From positions 17,140 to 81,139 of the forward strand of contig JAFGUJ010000020.1 of NCBI GenBank assembly GCA_016938595.1: a stretch of 64,000 nucleotides of DNA. Direction: 5' to 3'. This document shows positions 1 to 9,671 of the stretch, in pieces; position 1 is the stretch's first letter; the number at the start of each line of letters is the position of its first letter. Made by a program: the position numbers and the translations under genes. Below the pieces are notes generated by a model. That model ran no database searches. It worked only from the letters and a program-made list of their open reading frames with translations, and was not told the DNA's origin. This DNA is from Campylobacterales bacterium (GTDB lineage Bacteria; Campylobacterota; Campylobacteria; Campylobacterales; Sulfurimonadaceae).

Positions 1-1149
1 AACGCCCAGTACAAAGAGTACGTTCTGCGCGAAGAGGAGCTTCAGGAGCTGATCGCTTTGCTCGAACGCCAGGTAGCGCTCTACAAAGACCTCATACGCC
101 TGGATTCCAAAGGGGATTACGAAGTGGAACTCGAGGTGACGCTGCTGCAGGTCGAAAAGTTCAAGCTGGCCCTTGAGACCCTCATCTCGACGGCTGAAGT
201 GTATGAAAAACGGATCGAGTCGACCGAAGCGAAAATCAACAAGGAGATCAAAGACCAGATCTACAAACTCCTCAACATTGCCTTAATCGTGGTCGTGCTG
301 TTTGTGATCGCTTTCGTCTTCAAGCGGATCATCAAGCGCTATATTCTCGACAACGAACGCTTCTACATGGCGAACAAGATCGTGACGTTCGTCAATGTAA
401 CGCTGATTATCCTGATCCTGCTGTTCAGCTATATCGATAACGTCGGCTATTTCGCGACGGTGCTCGGATTCGCCTCGGCGGGTCTGGCGATCGCGATGCG
501 CGACTGGTTCATGAGCCTGTTGGGGTGGCTCGTGATCGTGGTCGGCGGTGCGATCCACGTCGGCGACCGAGTGCGGTTTGTGAAAGACGGGATGGAATAC
601 GTCGGAGATGTGTTGGACATTTCGCTGCAGCGGATGACGCTGATGGAGGATGTCACCCTGACGACCGTCGAGACCAACCGCCGGGCGGGACGGATCATTT
701 TTGTCCCGAACAATTATATCTTCACCTCGATGATCGCCAATTATTCGCACGCGTCGCTCAAAACGGTGTGGGATGGGATTGACATCATGATCACCTTCGA
801 TTCGAACCACAAAAAAGCGGTCCACATCGCCAAGGAGATCTGCCGCAAATATTCCAAAGGGTACACCGACATCACCCGTAAGCAGATCAACAAACTTCGC
901 GACCGCTACAGCCTTAAAAACAGCAATGTCGAGCCCCGTATTTTTACTTTTATCGAATCCAACGGGATCAAAGTCAGCGCGTGGTACCTTACCAGCGCCT
1001 ATGCCACACTGACCCTGCGGAGCACGATTTCGTGCGACATCGTCGATGCGTTCAACGCCGAACCCGATATCACGATTGCCTATCCGACGCAGACGTTTTA
1101 CACCGCGCCGATCCCCCCCAAACAGCTCCCCGACACGGAGGAAACATGA
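1..1149 (+). CDS. MscS-family mechanosensitive ion channel (5'-truncated by window edge)
   Basis: Frame is open from base 1; three TM helices, GFASAGLAIAMRD, VGDRV and VPNN MscS motifs; stop overlaps next ATG (ATGA). Confidence 0.85.
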   Translation, partial: NAQYKEYVLREEELQELIALLERQVALYKDLIRLDSKGDYEVELEVTLLQVEKFKLALETLISTAEVYEKRIESTEAKINKEIKDQIYKLLNIALIVVVLFVIAFVFKRIIKRYILDNERFYMANKIVTFVNVTLIILILLFSYIDNVGYFATVLGFASAGLAIAMRDWFMSLLGWLVIVVGGAIHVGDRVRFVKDGMEYVGDVLDISLQRMTLMEDVTLTTVETNRRAGRIIFVPNNYIFTSMIANYSHASLKTVWDGIDIMITFDSNHKKAVHIAKEICRKYSKGYTDITRKQINKLRDRYSLKNSNVEPRIFTFIESNGIKVSAWYLTSAYATLTLRSTISCDIVDAFNAEPDITIAYPTQTFYTAPIPPKQLPDTEET

Positions 1150-2390
1150 AGCCAAAAGTCTATTTCAAAACGTTCGGCTGCCGTACCAACCTCTTTGACT
1201 CGCAGGTGATGATGGGGGCGCTTCGCGATTACGAGATCACCGAGAACGAAGGGGAGGCCGACATCGTCATCGTCAACTCCTGTACCGTCACCAACGGGGC
1301 GGACGTCAGTGTGCGTGGCTACATCAACCAGATGGACAAACAGGGAAAAAAACTTTTTTTGACCGGATGCGGCGCCCATACAAAAGGGGAGAGCCTTTTT
1401 GGAGCGAATAAGGTACACGGGGTATTCGGACAGTCGGAGAAGATGAAGATCAACACCCTTCTCTCCAGTGAAAACCGTTTTTACGAGATCGGGGATTTGA
1501 ACTACGTCGATGACGCGATCGTCGAGGAGTTCGTCGGTAAATCGCGCGCTTTCATCAAAATCCAGGAGGGGTGCAACTTCCGGTGCAGCTACTGCATCAT
1601 CCCGTTCGTTCGGGGGGATGCGCGGAGCATGGATGAGGGCAAAATCCTCGAGCAGGTCTCCCGCCTGGCTTCCAACGGATTCGGCGAGTTCGTTCTGACC
1701 GGAACCAACGTCGGCAGCTACGGGCAGGGGGAAGGGCGTAACATCGCCGAGCTGATGAAGAAGATGTCGCTGATCCGCGGAGTGCGCCGCATCCGCGTGG
1801 GGAGCCTGGAGCCGATCCAGGTCAACGAGTCGTTTCGCGAGATTCTGGATGAGCCGTGGCTCGAACGGCACCTCCATATCGCGATTCAGCACAGTTCCAA
1901 CGAAATGCTGCGCCTCATGAACCGCCGCAACCGGGTTGAAAACGACATCGAACTCTTCGGAATGCTCCACAAAAAAGGATTCGCCCTCGGGACCGATTTT
2001 ATCGTCGGCCATCCGGGAGAGAGCGACGCCCTGTGGGCAGAGGCGATGGAAAACATCCGTAAGCTGCACCTGACCCATATCCATCCCTTTACCTATTCCA
2101 AGCGTGACGGGACGCCAAGCGCGACGATGAAACCGGAGGTGAACGGTGCCGTAGCAGCTGCGAGGATGGCGGAACTGACCCGTCTGATCGAGGAGAACAA
2201 CCGCACCTTCCGCAAGCGGGTGACGTCACCGCTGGAAGTGCTGATCGAGAGCGGAAACGGCCGGAAATACAGCGGATACGACCAGTATTTCAACAAAGTG
2301 GTCGTTGAATCGGACGAGGATCTCAGCGGCAACTGGATCACGCTTGAAAAGTACGAGGTGCACGATGAACATAACCTGGCCCAATTTTAA
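1146..2390 (+). CDS. mtaB: tRNA t6A37 methylthiotransferase MtaB (radical SAM)
   Basis: TFGCRTN, NSCTVT and CNFRCSYC (CxxxCxxC) motifs; ATG at 1146 overlaps the upstream stop. Confidence 0.9.
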   Translation: MKPKVYFKTFGCRTNLFDSQVMMGALRDYEITENEGEADIVIVNSCTVTNGADVSVRGYINQMDKQGKKLFLTGCGAHTKGESLFGANKVHGVFGQSEKMKINTLLSSENRFYEIGDLNYVDDAIVEEFVGKSRAFIKIQEGCNFRCSYCIIPFVRGDARSMDEGKILEQVSRLASNGFGEFVLTGTNVGSYGQGEGRNIAELMKKMSLIRGVRRIRVGSLEPIQVNESFREILDEPWLERHLHIAIQHSSNEMLRLMNRRNRVENDIELFGMLHKKGFALGTDFIVGHPGESDALWAEAMENIRKLHLTHIHPFTYSKRDGTPSATMKPEVNGAVAAARMAELTRLIEENNRTFRKRVTSPLEVLIESGNGRKYSGYDQYFNKVVVESDEDLSGNWITLEKYEVHDEHNLAQF

Positions 2391-4035
2391 CCGTAACCAG
2401 CTGATCCTCCTCGCATCAGGGGGGATCGTTTTGGTGTTGCTCTTGTATGCGCTGCTGCGCGACAGTGCCGATACCGTCAGCCTTGAGCAGGCGAAGGAGC
2501 TGATCGAATCGCAGCAGGTTGAAAAAGCGTTTGTCGACGGCGACTACACCTATTTTGCGACCCAAGACGACGGTGTCGTCAAGATCGCCTCCTCACAGCT
2601 CCCCCCCCAACTGACGGCCCACATCATCGTGGAATCCAAAGGGGGGAACGGCTGGGGATGGTTTTTCTTCTTTTTTGCCCTGATCGGCGGTGCCGGATAC
2701 TGGGCATGGAAAAACCGGCTCGGATTCGATGAGGACGAAGTTCCTGCCGAAACCGTGCGCCAGGTCAAAACGGCAGTGGAGCAGAACGAACCGCTCGCCC
2801 CCGCGCTCGCCCCGGTCAAGTCGACGGTCCGTTTCAGCGATATCGGCGGTATCGGCGATGTCAAAGATGAGCTCGAGGAGATTATTGATTTTCTCCGCAA
2901 CCCGAAGCGCTACTATGCCTTCGGTGCCCGCATGCCGCGGGGGGTTCTTCTCGTCGGTCCTCCGGGGGTTGGAAAGACGATGATTGCCAAAGCGGTCGCG
3001 GCCGAGGCGGATGTTCCGTTTTTTTACCAGAGCGGTGCCTCATTTGTACAGATTTACGTCGGGATGGGGGCGAAGCGGGTCAGCGAACTTTTCTCCGCCG
3101 CCAAGAAAAACGCCCCGGCGATTATTTTTATCGACGAGATCGACGCGGTGGGAAAAAAGCGGGGCGGTGAGCGCAACGACGAGCGCGAAGGGACCCTCAA
3201 CCAGCTCCTGACAGAGATGGATGGGTTTGAAGACACCAGCGGTATCGTCGTCATCGCTGCGACCAACAACATCGATGTGATGGATTCGGCATTGCTGCGC
3301 TCAGGGCGTTTCGACCGCCGCGTTTTTGTGGAACTCCCGACGGCGAGCGAGCGCGAAGCGATCCTGCACAAATACCTCCGCCACATCCCTCACGAACTCT
3401 CCATTGCCGACGTTGCGAAAATGACGGTAGGGTTCAACGGCGCTTCATTGGCGGCGCTGACGAACGAAGCGGCCCTTCTGTGTCTGCGCCAGAACGAGAT
3501 ACAGGTACGGATGGAGCATTTTCTCGCTGTCAAGGACAAAGTGATGTTCGGGAAAAAGAAAATCGCGATGCTCACCGAAGAACAGCGGCGTTATCAGGCC
3601 CGTTACCAGGCGGGGAAAGTGTTTGCGGCGACATGGTTTGATCTGCCCTATGAGAAGATCTCCCTCAGCAATGACACGATCACCCCTCCGACCGCCGAAC
3701 CGCTTCTCAAACACGAGATCGAAGCCCACGTAAGGGTCCATCTGGCGGGGATGGCCGCCTCGAAACTCCGCTTCGGCGAACACGCCAGCAATGCTTCTCA
3801 TGATGTTCAGGCCGCCTCTGAACTCATCCATGCAATGGTGTATGAATACGGCATGGGCCAGTCGCTCGCCCCCTCCGACGAAGAAGAGAGGCTCCTCACC
3901 GAACGCCTCTATCAGGAGATATCGGTGCTGCTGGAACGGCACGAGAAAATTGTCGCCCGATTCGAGTCGATTCTCGAAGAGTACGAACAGATCTCCAAAG
4001 CGCTGGCCAAGGCGACGATGAATGAGATTTTTTAG
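2365..4035 (+). CDS. FtsH-like membrane AAA+ ATPase with degenerate M41 protease domain
   Basis: Two TM segments, Walker A GPPGVGKT, Walker B IFIDEID, SRH DSALLRSGRFDR; YHEAGH position reads YQAGKV. Confidence 0.85.
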   Translation: MNITWPNFNRNQLILLASGGIVLVLLLYALLRDSADTVSLEQAKELIESQQVEKAFVDGDYTYFATQDDGVVKIASSQLPPQLTAHIIVESKGGNGWGWFFFFFALIGGAGYWAWKNRLGFDEDEVPAETVRQVKTAVEQNEPLAPALAPVKSTVRFSDIGGIGDVKDELEEIIDFLRNPKRYYAFGARMPRGVLLVGPPGVGKTMIAKAVAAEADVPFFYQSGASFVQIYVGMGAKRVSELFSAAKKNAPAIIFIDEIDAVGKKRGGERNDEREGTLNQLLTEMDGFEDTSGIVVIAATNNIDVMDSALLRSGRFDRRVFVELPTASEREAILHKYLRHIPHELSIADVAKMTVGFNGASLAALTNEAALLCLRQNEIQVRMEHFLAVKDKVMFGKKKIAMLTEEQRRYQARYQAGKVFAATWFDLPYEKISLSNDTITPPTAEPLLKHEIEAHVRVHLAGMAASKLRFGEHASNASHDVQAASELIHAMVYEYGMGQSLAPSDEEERLLTERLYQEISVLLERHEKIVARFESILEEYEQISKALAKATMNEIF

Positions 4036-4537
4036 CGGTTTTTCTCTCAAAGACGAGAGCCCCTTTTTCGAGCCGTATCTGAAAAAGAGCGATTATACCG
4101 TCGCGGGTTTCAGCTACGGAGCGATCAACGCGGCGCGCCATGCGGTAGAGTCGTCGGAGCGGATCGATACGCTCCAGCTTTTTTCCCCCGCCTTTTTCCA
4201 GACGAAAAAAGAGTCGTTCCGGAGGCTTCAGATGGGAGGATATCTCAAAGACCCGCAGGGGTACCGGGAACTTTTTCTGGCCAGCTGTTTCGCCCCGTGT
4301 CCGGTGGAAGAGATGCAGGAGGGGGAACACGATGCTGCGAGCCTTCACGATCTTCTGTATTTCGAGTGGGACGCGCCGCTGATGGAAGCCATCCGTGCCA
4401 AAGGGATCCGGATCGAGGTCTTTCTGGGGTTCGAAGACCGGATTATCGACGTGCAAGGCGCCCGTGATTTTTTTATCCCCCATGCGACGGTGACGTCGAT
4501 CAAGGGTGCCAACCATTTTTTACAGGAGTGTTTATGA
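4022..4537 (+). CDS. bioV: Pimeloyl-ACP methyl ester esterase BioV (alpha/beta hydrolase)
   Basis: MRFFSGF start, GFSYG nucleophile elbow, C-terminal GANH; position after the ftsH-like gene as in Helicobacter. Confidence 0.75.
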   Translation: MRFFSGFSLKDESPFFEPYLKKSDYTVAGFSYGAINAARHAVESSERIDTLQLFSPAFFQTKKESFRRLQMGGYLKDPQGYRELFLASCFAPCPVEEMQEGEHDAASLHDLLYFEWDAPLMEAIRAKGIRIEVFLGFEDRIIDVQGARDFFIPHATVTSIKGANHFLQECL

Positions 4538-5058
4538 TTAAAATCGGTGTCATTACCGCATCCGACCGCGCAAGCGCCGGGATTTACGAGGATATTTCAG
4601 GTGTTGCAATCCAGGAGACGATGCGCGAATACCTGAAATCCGAACACGAGATTGTTTACCGCTGCATACCCGATGAACAGAGCGTCATCGAAGAGACGAT
4701 GATGGAACTGTGCGACGTCGAGGGGTGCTGCCTCGTCGTTACGACGGGAGGAACCGGCCCCGCGCGCCGTGACGTCACCCCCGAAGCGACTGAAAACGTT
4801 TGTGAAAAAATGATGCCGGGATTCGGCGAACTGATGCGTCAGGTGAGCCTCAAATACGTCCCGACGGCGATTCTCTCACGCCAGACCGCGGGGATCCGGG
4901 GTCACAGCCTCATTATCAACCTACCGGGCAAACCAAAATCGATCCGGGAGTGTCTGGACGCGGTATTCCCCGCCGTTCCCTACTGCATCGATCTGATCCA
5001 TGGCCCCTATCTGGAGTGCAACGAAGAGGTGATCAAGGCGTTCCGGCCGAAGCAGTAG
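4534..5058 (+). CDS. mog: Molybdopterin adenylyltransferase
   Basis: ITASDRAS, TTGGTGPARRDVTPEAT and NLPGKPKSI motifs. Confidence 0.93.
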   Translation: MIKIGVITASDRASAGIYEDISGVAIQETMREYLKSEHEIVYRCIPDEQSVIEETMMELCDVEGCCLVVTTGGTGPARRDVTPEATENVCEKMMPGFGELMRQVSLKYVPTAILSRQTAGIRGHSLIINLPGKPKSIRECLDAVFPAVPYCIDLIHGPYLECNEEVIKAFRPKQ

Positions 5059-5073
5059 GCGAAGGAGACGAGA

Positions 5074-5940
5074 ATGAAAACCGTTTCTCTGTTTTTCTTT
5101 CTCTCCCTTGTGTGCCTCTCCTCCCTTTTGGGCGATTCCAGTGTCTGGAAGGTGAGTAAAGGGGAAGAAACCCTCTATCTGGGCGGGACGATTCACGTTC
5201 TCCGTCCCGGTGATTTTCCGCTGCCGGCCGAATTTGACCGTGCCTATGAGCAGGCTGACACGGTTGTCTTCGAGACCGACCTTGCCGCAACCACCAGCGA
5301 TGCTTTCGCCGCAGCGCTCTCCCGAAAGATGCTCCTCCCCTCCGGTACAACCCTTTCCCATCTCCTGAAGCGTGAAACGTACGATGCGCTGAGAGACTAT
5401 CTCGGTTCACAAAAGATCGACATCCACAACGTCGAACGCCTTCGCCCGTGGGCAGTCATGCTCATGATAACGCAGACGGCGCTGGCGCAAAACGGCATCG
5501 ACCGCGACGGCGTCGATGCCCATTACAGTCGGCGCGCTTCGGCCGATGGGAAAGGACAGCGCTTCCTCGAAACCCCGACAGAGCAGATTGCCCTGATCAC
5601 CGGTATCGGCGAGGGGGAAGAGGACGCGATGATCACCCAGACGATTCAGGAAACGCAAAGGATTCCGGACATGATCGAGTGGCTGGTCCGCGACTGGCGT
5701 GAGGGAGAGATGGCGAGGATCGAGCAGGAACTGGTGCAGGCGATGCGCTCGGATTCCCCGCAGATGTACCACCATGTGCTCAAAGAACGTAACGACGCGT
5801 GGCTCCCCCGCCTCATCACCCTGATGCGTGAGGGAAATACGGGATTTGTTCTGGTGGGGGCGATGCACCTGGCCGGTTCGGATGGGCTTCTTGAAAGATT
5901 CAAACAGGCGGGGTATGTCGTCGAACATTTCCGTCCCTGA
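5074..5940 (+). CDS. TraB/GumN (TIKI superfamily) exported protein
   Basis: Signal peptide; YLGGTIH, LETPTEQI, RNDAW and VGAMHL motifs. Confidence 0.85.
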   Translation: MKTVSLFFFLSLVCLSSLLGDSSVWKVSKGEETLYLGGTIHVLRPGDFPLPAEFDRAYEQADTVVFETDLAATTSDAFAAALSRKMLLPSGTTLSHLLKRETYDALRDYLGSQKIDIHNVERLRPWAVMLMITQTALAQNGIDRDGVDAHYSRRASADGKGQRFLETPTEQIALITGIGEGEEDAMITQTIQETQRIPDMIEWLVRDWREGEMARIEQELVQAMRSDSPQMYHHVLKERNDAWLPRLITLMREGNTGFVLVGAMHLAGSDGLLERFKQAGYVVEHFRP

Positions 5941-6072
5941 TTTCTCCACACTTTCACGTCGATCACATCACGCACGATTCCAAACTTACACAACAAACCT
6001 CATATATTCTAAAATGTTATAAAAAAACAACACAAAAACTCGTAATTTTAGGTTCATATAAGCTTCATTATC

Positions 6073-6098
6073 TATAATCCTATCAAATAAATATCACA
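6073..6098 (+). promoter_or_regulatory. -10 box of the tad operon followed by an ATCA(A/C)A-N5-ATCACA direct repeat
   Basis: TATAAT at 6073-6078 in an AT-rich intergenic region; 21/26 nt identical to 16055-16080. Confidence 0.6.
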
Positions 6099-6118
6099 TT
6101 TTCGAATAGGACATCTCA

Positions 6119-6520
6119 ATTACTTCATTACTATTTTTTATATCGGTTGCCTTGCTGGTTTCCTGGTATGACCTCAAATATTCTGTGATTCCCGATCGCC
6201 TGATGTTCCCCGCTATGTTGGTGCTGGGGATACTTCTCGCGATGGAGGGGAGATTGACGTGGGAACACGGGGCAGCGGTTGTGCTGGTTTTGGGTGTTTT
6301 TGTGATACCGATTGTGATGGGGCTGGCATTCGGAGGGGGCGATCTGCGTTTCGGTGCCTTCAGTGCGATGCTGGTGGGGCTCGAAGGAGTCGGTTATTTT
6401 ATTGCGTGCGCGGGATTGGCCCATCTGGTCCTGTCGGCGGCGGCGGGGCGGAGAGTATTTCCGTTTGCTCCCGCGATGAGCGTCGGTGCACTGGTATCGT
6501 ATGGGGTGATGTATGCGTAG
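6119..6520 (+). CDS. tadV: A24 prepilin peptidase (TadV/CpaA type), probable ATT start
   Basis: WYDL..IPD first Asp and FGGGD second Asp, C-terminal PFAP; AGGA at 6108-6111 then ATT at 6119; in-frame TAG at 6107. Confidence 0.8.
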   Translation: MTSLLFFISVALLVSWYDLKYSVIPDRLMFPAMLVLGILLAMEGRLTWEHGAAVVLVLGVFVIPIVMGLAFGGGDLRFGAFSAMLVGLEGVGYFIACAGLAHLVLSAAAGRRVFPFAPAMSVGALVSYGVMYA

Positions 6521-6785
6521 GGGTTCTGTGGCAATTGTTCCGTTGCTGATAGCATTGATGCTTTTTTTCTGGTTTATCTGGTTTCTGGGAGGGGAGAACG
6601 ATTCGCTCCACCGGATCAACAAAGTGCAGCATCTTCACCATCTTCAAGAAGAGCTGGTGATCGCGGCGATGCAGCAGCGCATAGAACTCGAGCAGGCGCA
6701 TCCGGAGTGGAGCAGTGCACAGCTTGATGCGGCGGTCAATCAGTACGTCAACGACATGATGGCGATCAACAATATACACGAGTAA
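6513..6785 (+). CDS. Pseudopilin/minor-pilin-like protein (TadG/TadE-like N-terminus)
   Basis: MRRG|SVAIV class III-like leader followed by a hydrophobic helix; inside the tad operon. Confidence 0.55.
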   Translation: MRRGSVAIVPLLIALMLFFWFIWFLGGENDSLHRINKVQHLHHLQEELVIAAMQQRIELEQAHPEWSSAQLDAAVNQYVNDMMAINNIHE

Positions 6786-6798
6786 AAGGGGGAGTCGG

Positions 6799-8466
6799 AT
6801 GAGAAAGATAGGGATAGGGGTATGGGTACTGGCGCCGCTGCTCTGCGCCCAGGGTGCCACCACCAGTACGACCTTCGGTAATCGCCTTTCGGCCGGGATG
6901 GACGGGCATGGAAATCAGCTCTATACCCAGCAGGTGACGATTGCGACGGAAAACTATGAGGTCGACAGCTTCTGGGATCGCTTTTTTGATCCCGAGAAGA
7001 AAACGAAAAACTTCGATCAGCTTTCCACGTCGGCGACGGCCCAGCTCGTCGTCGAAGCCTCCTCGGCGTGTTCGATCGCCGGAAAAGGGGAACTTCCCGC
7101 ACAGGGGTGCTCCGGGCAGAAGCCGTTTCTGGTGAACAACGAGGCGGTAGACGGCCTCAGCGACGGGGATATGGTGAGCCTGATTTTTCAGCCGGCCAAA
7201 GACGACAAAACGGGTACGCTCCTCTACACCAGTACCGATTCCACTCTCCTCTATCCTCTCGATATCGGCCGCAACGGCGAATTCTACCAACCCACCGCAT
7301 CGGTTCAAAGCGGAAGCCGCCAGACCTTTTTTGGTTTTTTCACCGGTATTTTCGATTTCTTTTTTGACCGCCTGATCGGTGTGGATTTTTTCGGGACCCC
7401 GGAGATGGCTGATGCCAAATACGATCCCCGCTCTCCCGAAGCCGAAGACCGCCGTCAGCGCTACATCGCCAACATCATCGCCGGTGTCGATCAGGAACAC
7501 CGGATGTCGATGCCCTACAAAAGCGACCCTGCCACGCAGGTCGACGCATTTACGCGCCTGAACGATCCCGTATCCCTGCTTCATTACGCCGAAGCGAAAA
7601 AATCGACCGAAGCGGATCAGTGTAAATTCATGTTCCTGAACCTCTCTTCGGATGGGCTGATGTGCCGGATGATGAGCGGATTCGGGATGGAGGCATGGAT
7701 GCCATTTTTTACCAAAGCCAACATCACCGAGCTCGACGTCAATACAATCACGATCGATACCGAAAACGCCCTCCTCGCTGCGGCGGGAAAAGTGAGCGGG
7801 GAATCGTACCAGCAGGTCACTGCTTCGACAGACACTCAGAAACTTTCGTTTCTGCAACAGATGGTCAAGCCGATGACAGCGATGATGGACATGATGAAAA
7901 ACATGTTCTTCGGAACTTCCAAGTCGACGATCGTCGCCGACCCTGTTGAGATCACATACGATCTGAGTGCCAAGCCGATGACCCTGACGCTGGCTGTCAC
8001 GGATGACGGCACTCAGGTGGACCGGTTCGAGACCTTCAAACTCACAGGGCTGCGCTCGACGTTCGGGGACAGTGTCAACCAGTGTACAGTGAAATACTCC
8101 GGTTTTTTTGGGTTCGGAGGGTGGACCGAAACGTTTTATGAATTCAAAGGAACCACTTCAACGACCCGCACCAAAGGCTCGATCAATACCCATGCCGAAT
8201 GGATCCAGTGGTGTCAGGAAGCCAATGACAATCAGGGAATGTTCGATTACCTGATGGATTGGGAGAGCGGTGGAGTGTTCAACCCGATCAACTGGATGAA
8301 GGGGATGTGGAGTGCGATGATGTCGATGTTTTTCGGCGATTACTCGATTACCGACTTCAAAAACGCTCTCAAGCGTGGCCTGATCCTCGATCTGCAAAAA
8401 GAGGCACTGAATCCGGTTGATACGCTCAATACCACCAAAATCCGACTGATCAACGTCAAACATTAA
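6799..8466 (+). CDS. Secreted 555-aa hypothetical protein in the tad operon (candidate adhesin)
   Basis: GGAG RBS, Sec-type signal, six mature-domain Cys, repeated Met/Phe-rich segments. Confidence 0.7.
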   Translation: MRKIGIGVWVLAPLLCAQGATTSTTFGNRLSAGMDGHGNQLYTQQVTIATENYEVDSFWDRFFDPEKKTKNFDQLSTSATAQLVVEASSACSIAGKGELPAQGCSGQKPFLVNNEAVDGLSDGDMVSLIFQPAKDDKTGTLLYTSTDSTLLYPLDIGRNGEFYQPTASVQSGSRQTFFGFFTGIFDFFFDRLIGVDFFGTPEMADAKYDPRSPEAEDRRQRYIANIIAGVDQEHRMSMPYKSDPATQVDAFTRLNDPVSLLHYAEAKKSTEADQCKFMFLNLSSDGLMCRMMSGFGMEAWMPFFTKANITELDVNTITIDTENALLAAAGKVSGESYQQVTASTDTQKLSFLQQMVKPMTAMMDMMKNMFFGTSKSTIVADPVEITYDLSAKPMTLTLAVTDDGTQVDRFETFKLTGLRSTFGDSVNQCTVKYSGFFGFGGWTETFYEFKGTTSTTRTKGSINTHAEWIQWCQEANDNQGMFDYLMDWESGGVFNPINWMKGMWSAMMSMFFGDYSITDFKNALKRGLILDLQKEALNPVDTLNTTKIRLINVKH

Positions 8467-8474
8467 GGAAAGAA

Positions 8475-9671
8475 ATGATCATAGCCTACGTTTCCACGAT
8501 CGAAAAAGAGTGTTTCGACCGCCTGCGCGAGTCTTTCGATGACGTCGTCAATATGGACGGAATCGACGAATTTATCAGTTTTTACGCATCGCACCGGAAC
8601 CGGGACATTGTCCTCATCTACCGGGTCGAATCGATGGATACGCTCGAAGCGCTTAACAATGTCAATTTTACCAACAACATCTACATTATCGTTATCGGTC
8701 CGGAGGATATTAACCTCTCGCTCCGCGCCGGAAAGATGGGGGTGGATAAATACATCGGCCGCGGCGATGTCGATTCGGATATGATCAAAGGGATCGTGCT
8801 TCATTCGCAAAACGTGATCAAAGAGCGGCGGGGAAAAAGCAACATCGCCGTTTTTACAGGGATCAGCGGCGGGGTCGGGACCACGACGATCACGATGAAC
8901 CTCGCGGCGATGATCGCAGCCAAACATCCGGAAAAAAACGTCCTTTTCCTCGATTTCGCCTACACCAAATCGATCTCGAACCTCTTTTTCGATGCGTTCC
9001 AGCCGGCCAAAAGCATCATCGACATTGCGACGCTTCCGCGCCTCGATCTCGAAGAGCTGTTTGCCAACGGGCTGATGAAATACGACAAAAACCTCTTTTT
9101 CATCCCCGGGATCCAGCGCCACACCGAGCGCGAAATCCTCGAAAAACCCGAAAATATCCAGCGGTTTCTGGGGTTTATCCATTTCGCGAAACAGTTTTTC
9201 GACCTGATCCTCATCGACGTCGGGATGTTCGAGGACGTGGAACTCGAAATCGACATCCAGGAGATCGCGGATCAGATTTTTGTCGTTACGGAGCTGAGCA
9301 TCCCGGCGATGTCGATTCTGAAAACCTACATCGACATCATCGACAAAAGCGGCTGGTACAACAAGACCCATATCCTCGTCAACCGCGAAGACTCTTTCGG
9401 GACCGTTACGAGGGAAGAAGCGACCGCGATCCTCTCCAAAGATTCCAACCATAAATTCGAAGTCGATTTTACCCTTCCCAACGACGCGAGACATCTGCGC
9501 ACGTGCTGGAACGAGGCGATGCTGGTGTGCGAGGAGTTTCCCGAATCGGTGTTCGTCAAGCGCCTCGACGAGATGATCGAGCGCTATTTTTTCACCACCT
9601 CGCTGGAACAGTTCGCCGCGATACGGAAAACGTCCGCCACCTTCTTGGATAAGGTGAAACAATGGCTTTAA
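8475..9671 (+). CDS. tadZ: TadZ/CpaE pilus localisation ATPase (receiver-like domain + MinD/ParA domain)
   Basis: Deviant Walker A GISGGVGTTT, FDLILID, N-terminal atypical receiver; precedes tadA. Confidence 0.8.
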   Translation: MIIAYVSTIEKECFDRLRESFDDVVNMDGIDEFISFYASHRNRDIVLIYRVESMDTLEALNNVNFTNNIYIIVIGPEDINLSLRAGKMGVDKYIGRGDVDSDMIKGIVLHSQNVIKERRGKSNIAVFTGISGGVGTTTITMNLAAMIAAKHPEKNVLFLDFAYTKSISNLFFDAFQPAKSIIDIATLPRLDLEELFANGLMKYDKNLFFIPGIQRHTEREILEKPENIQRFLGFIHFAKQFFDLILIDVGMFEDVELEIDIQEIADQIFVVTELSIPAMSILKTYIDIIDKSGWYNKTHILVNREDSFGTVTREEATAILSKDSNHKFEVDFTLPNDARHLRTCWNEAMLVCEEFPESVFVKRLDEMIERYFFTTSLEQFAAIRKTSATFLDKVKQWL

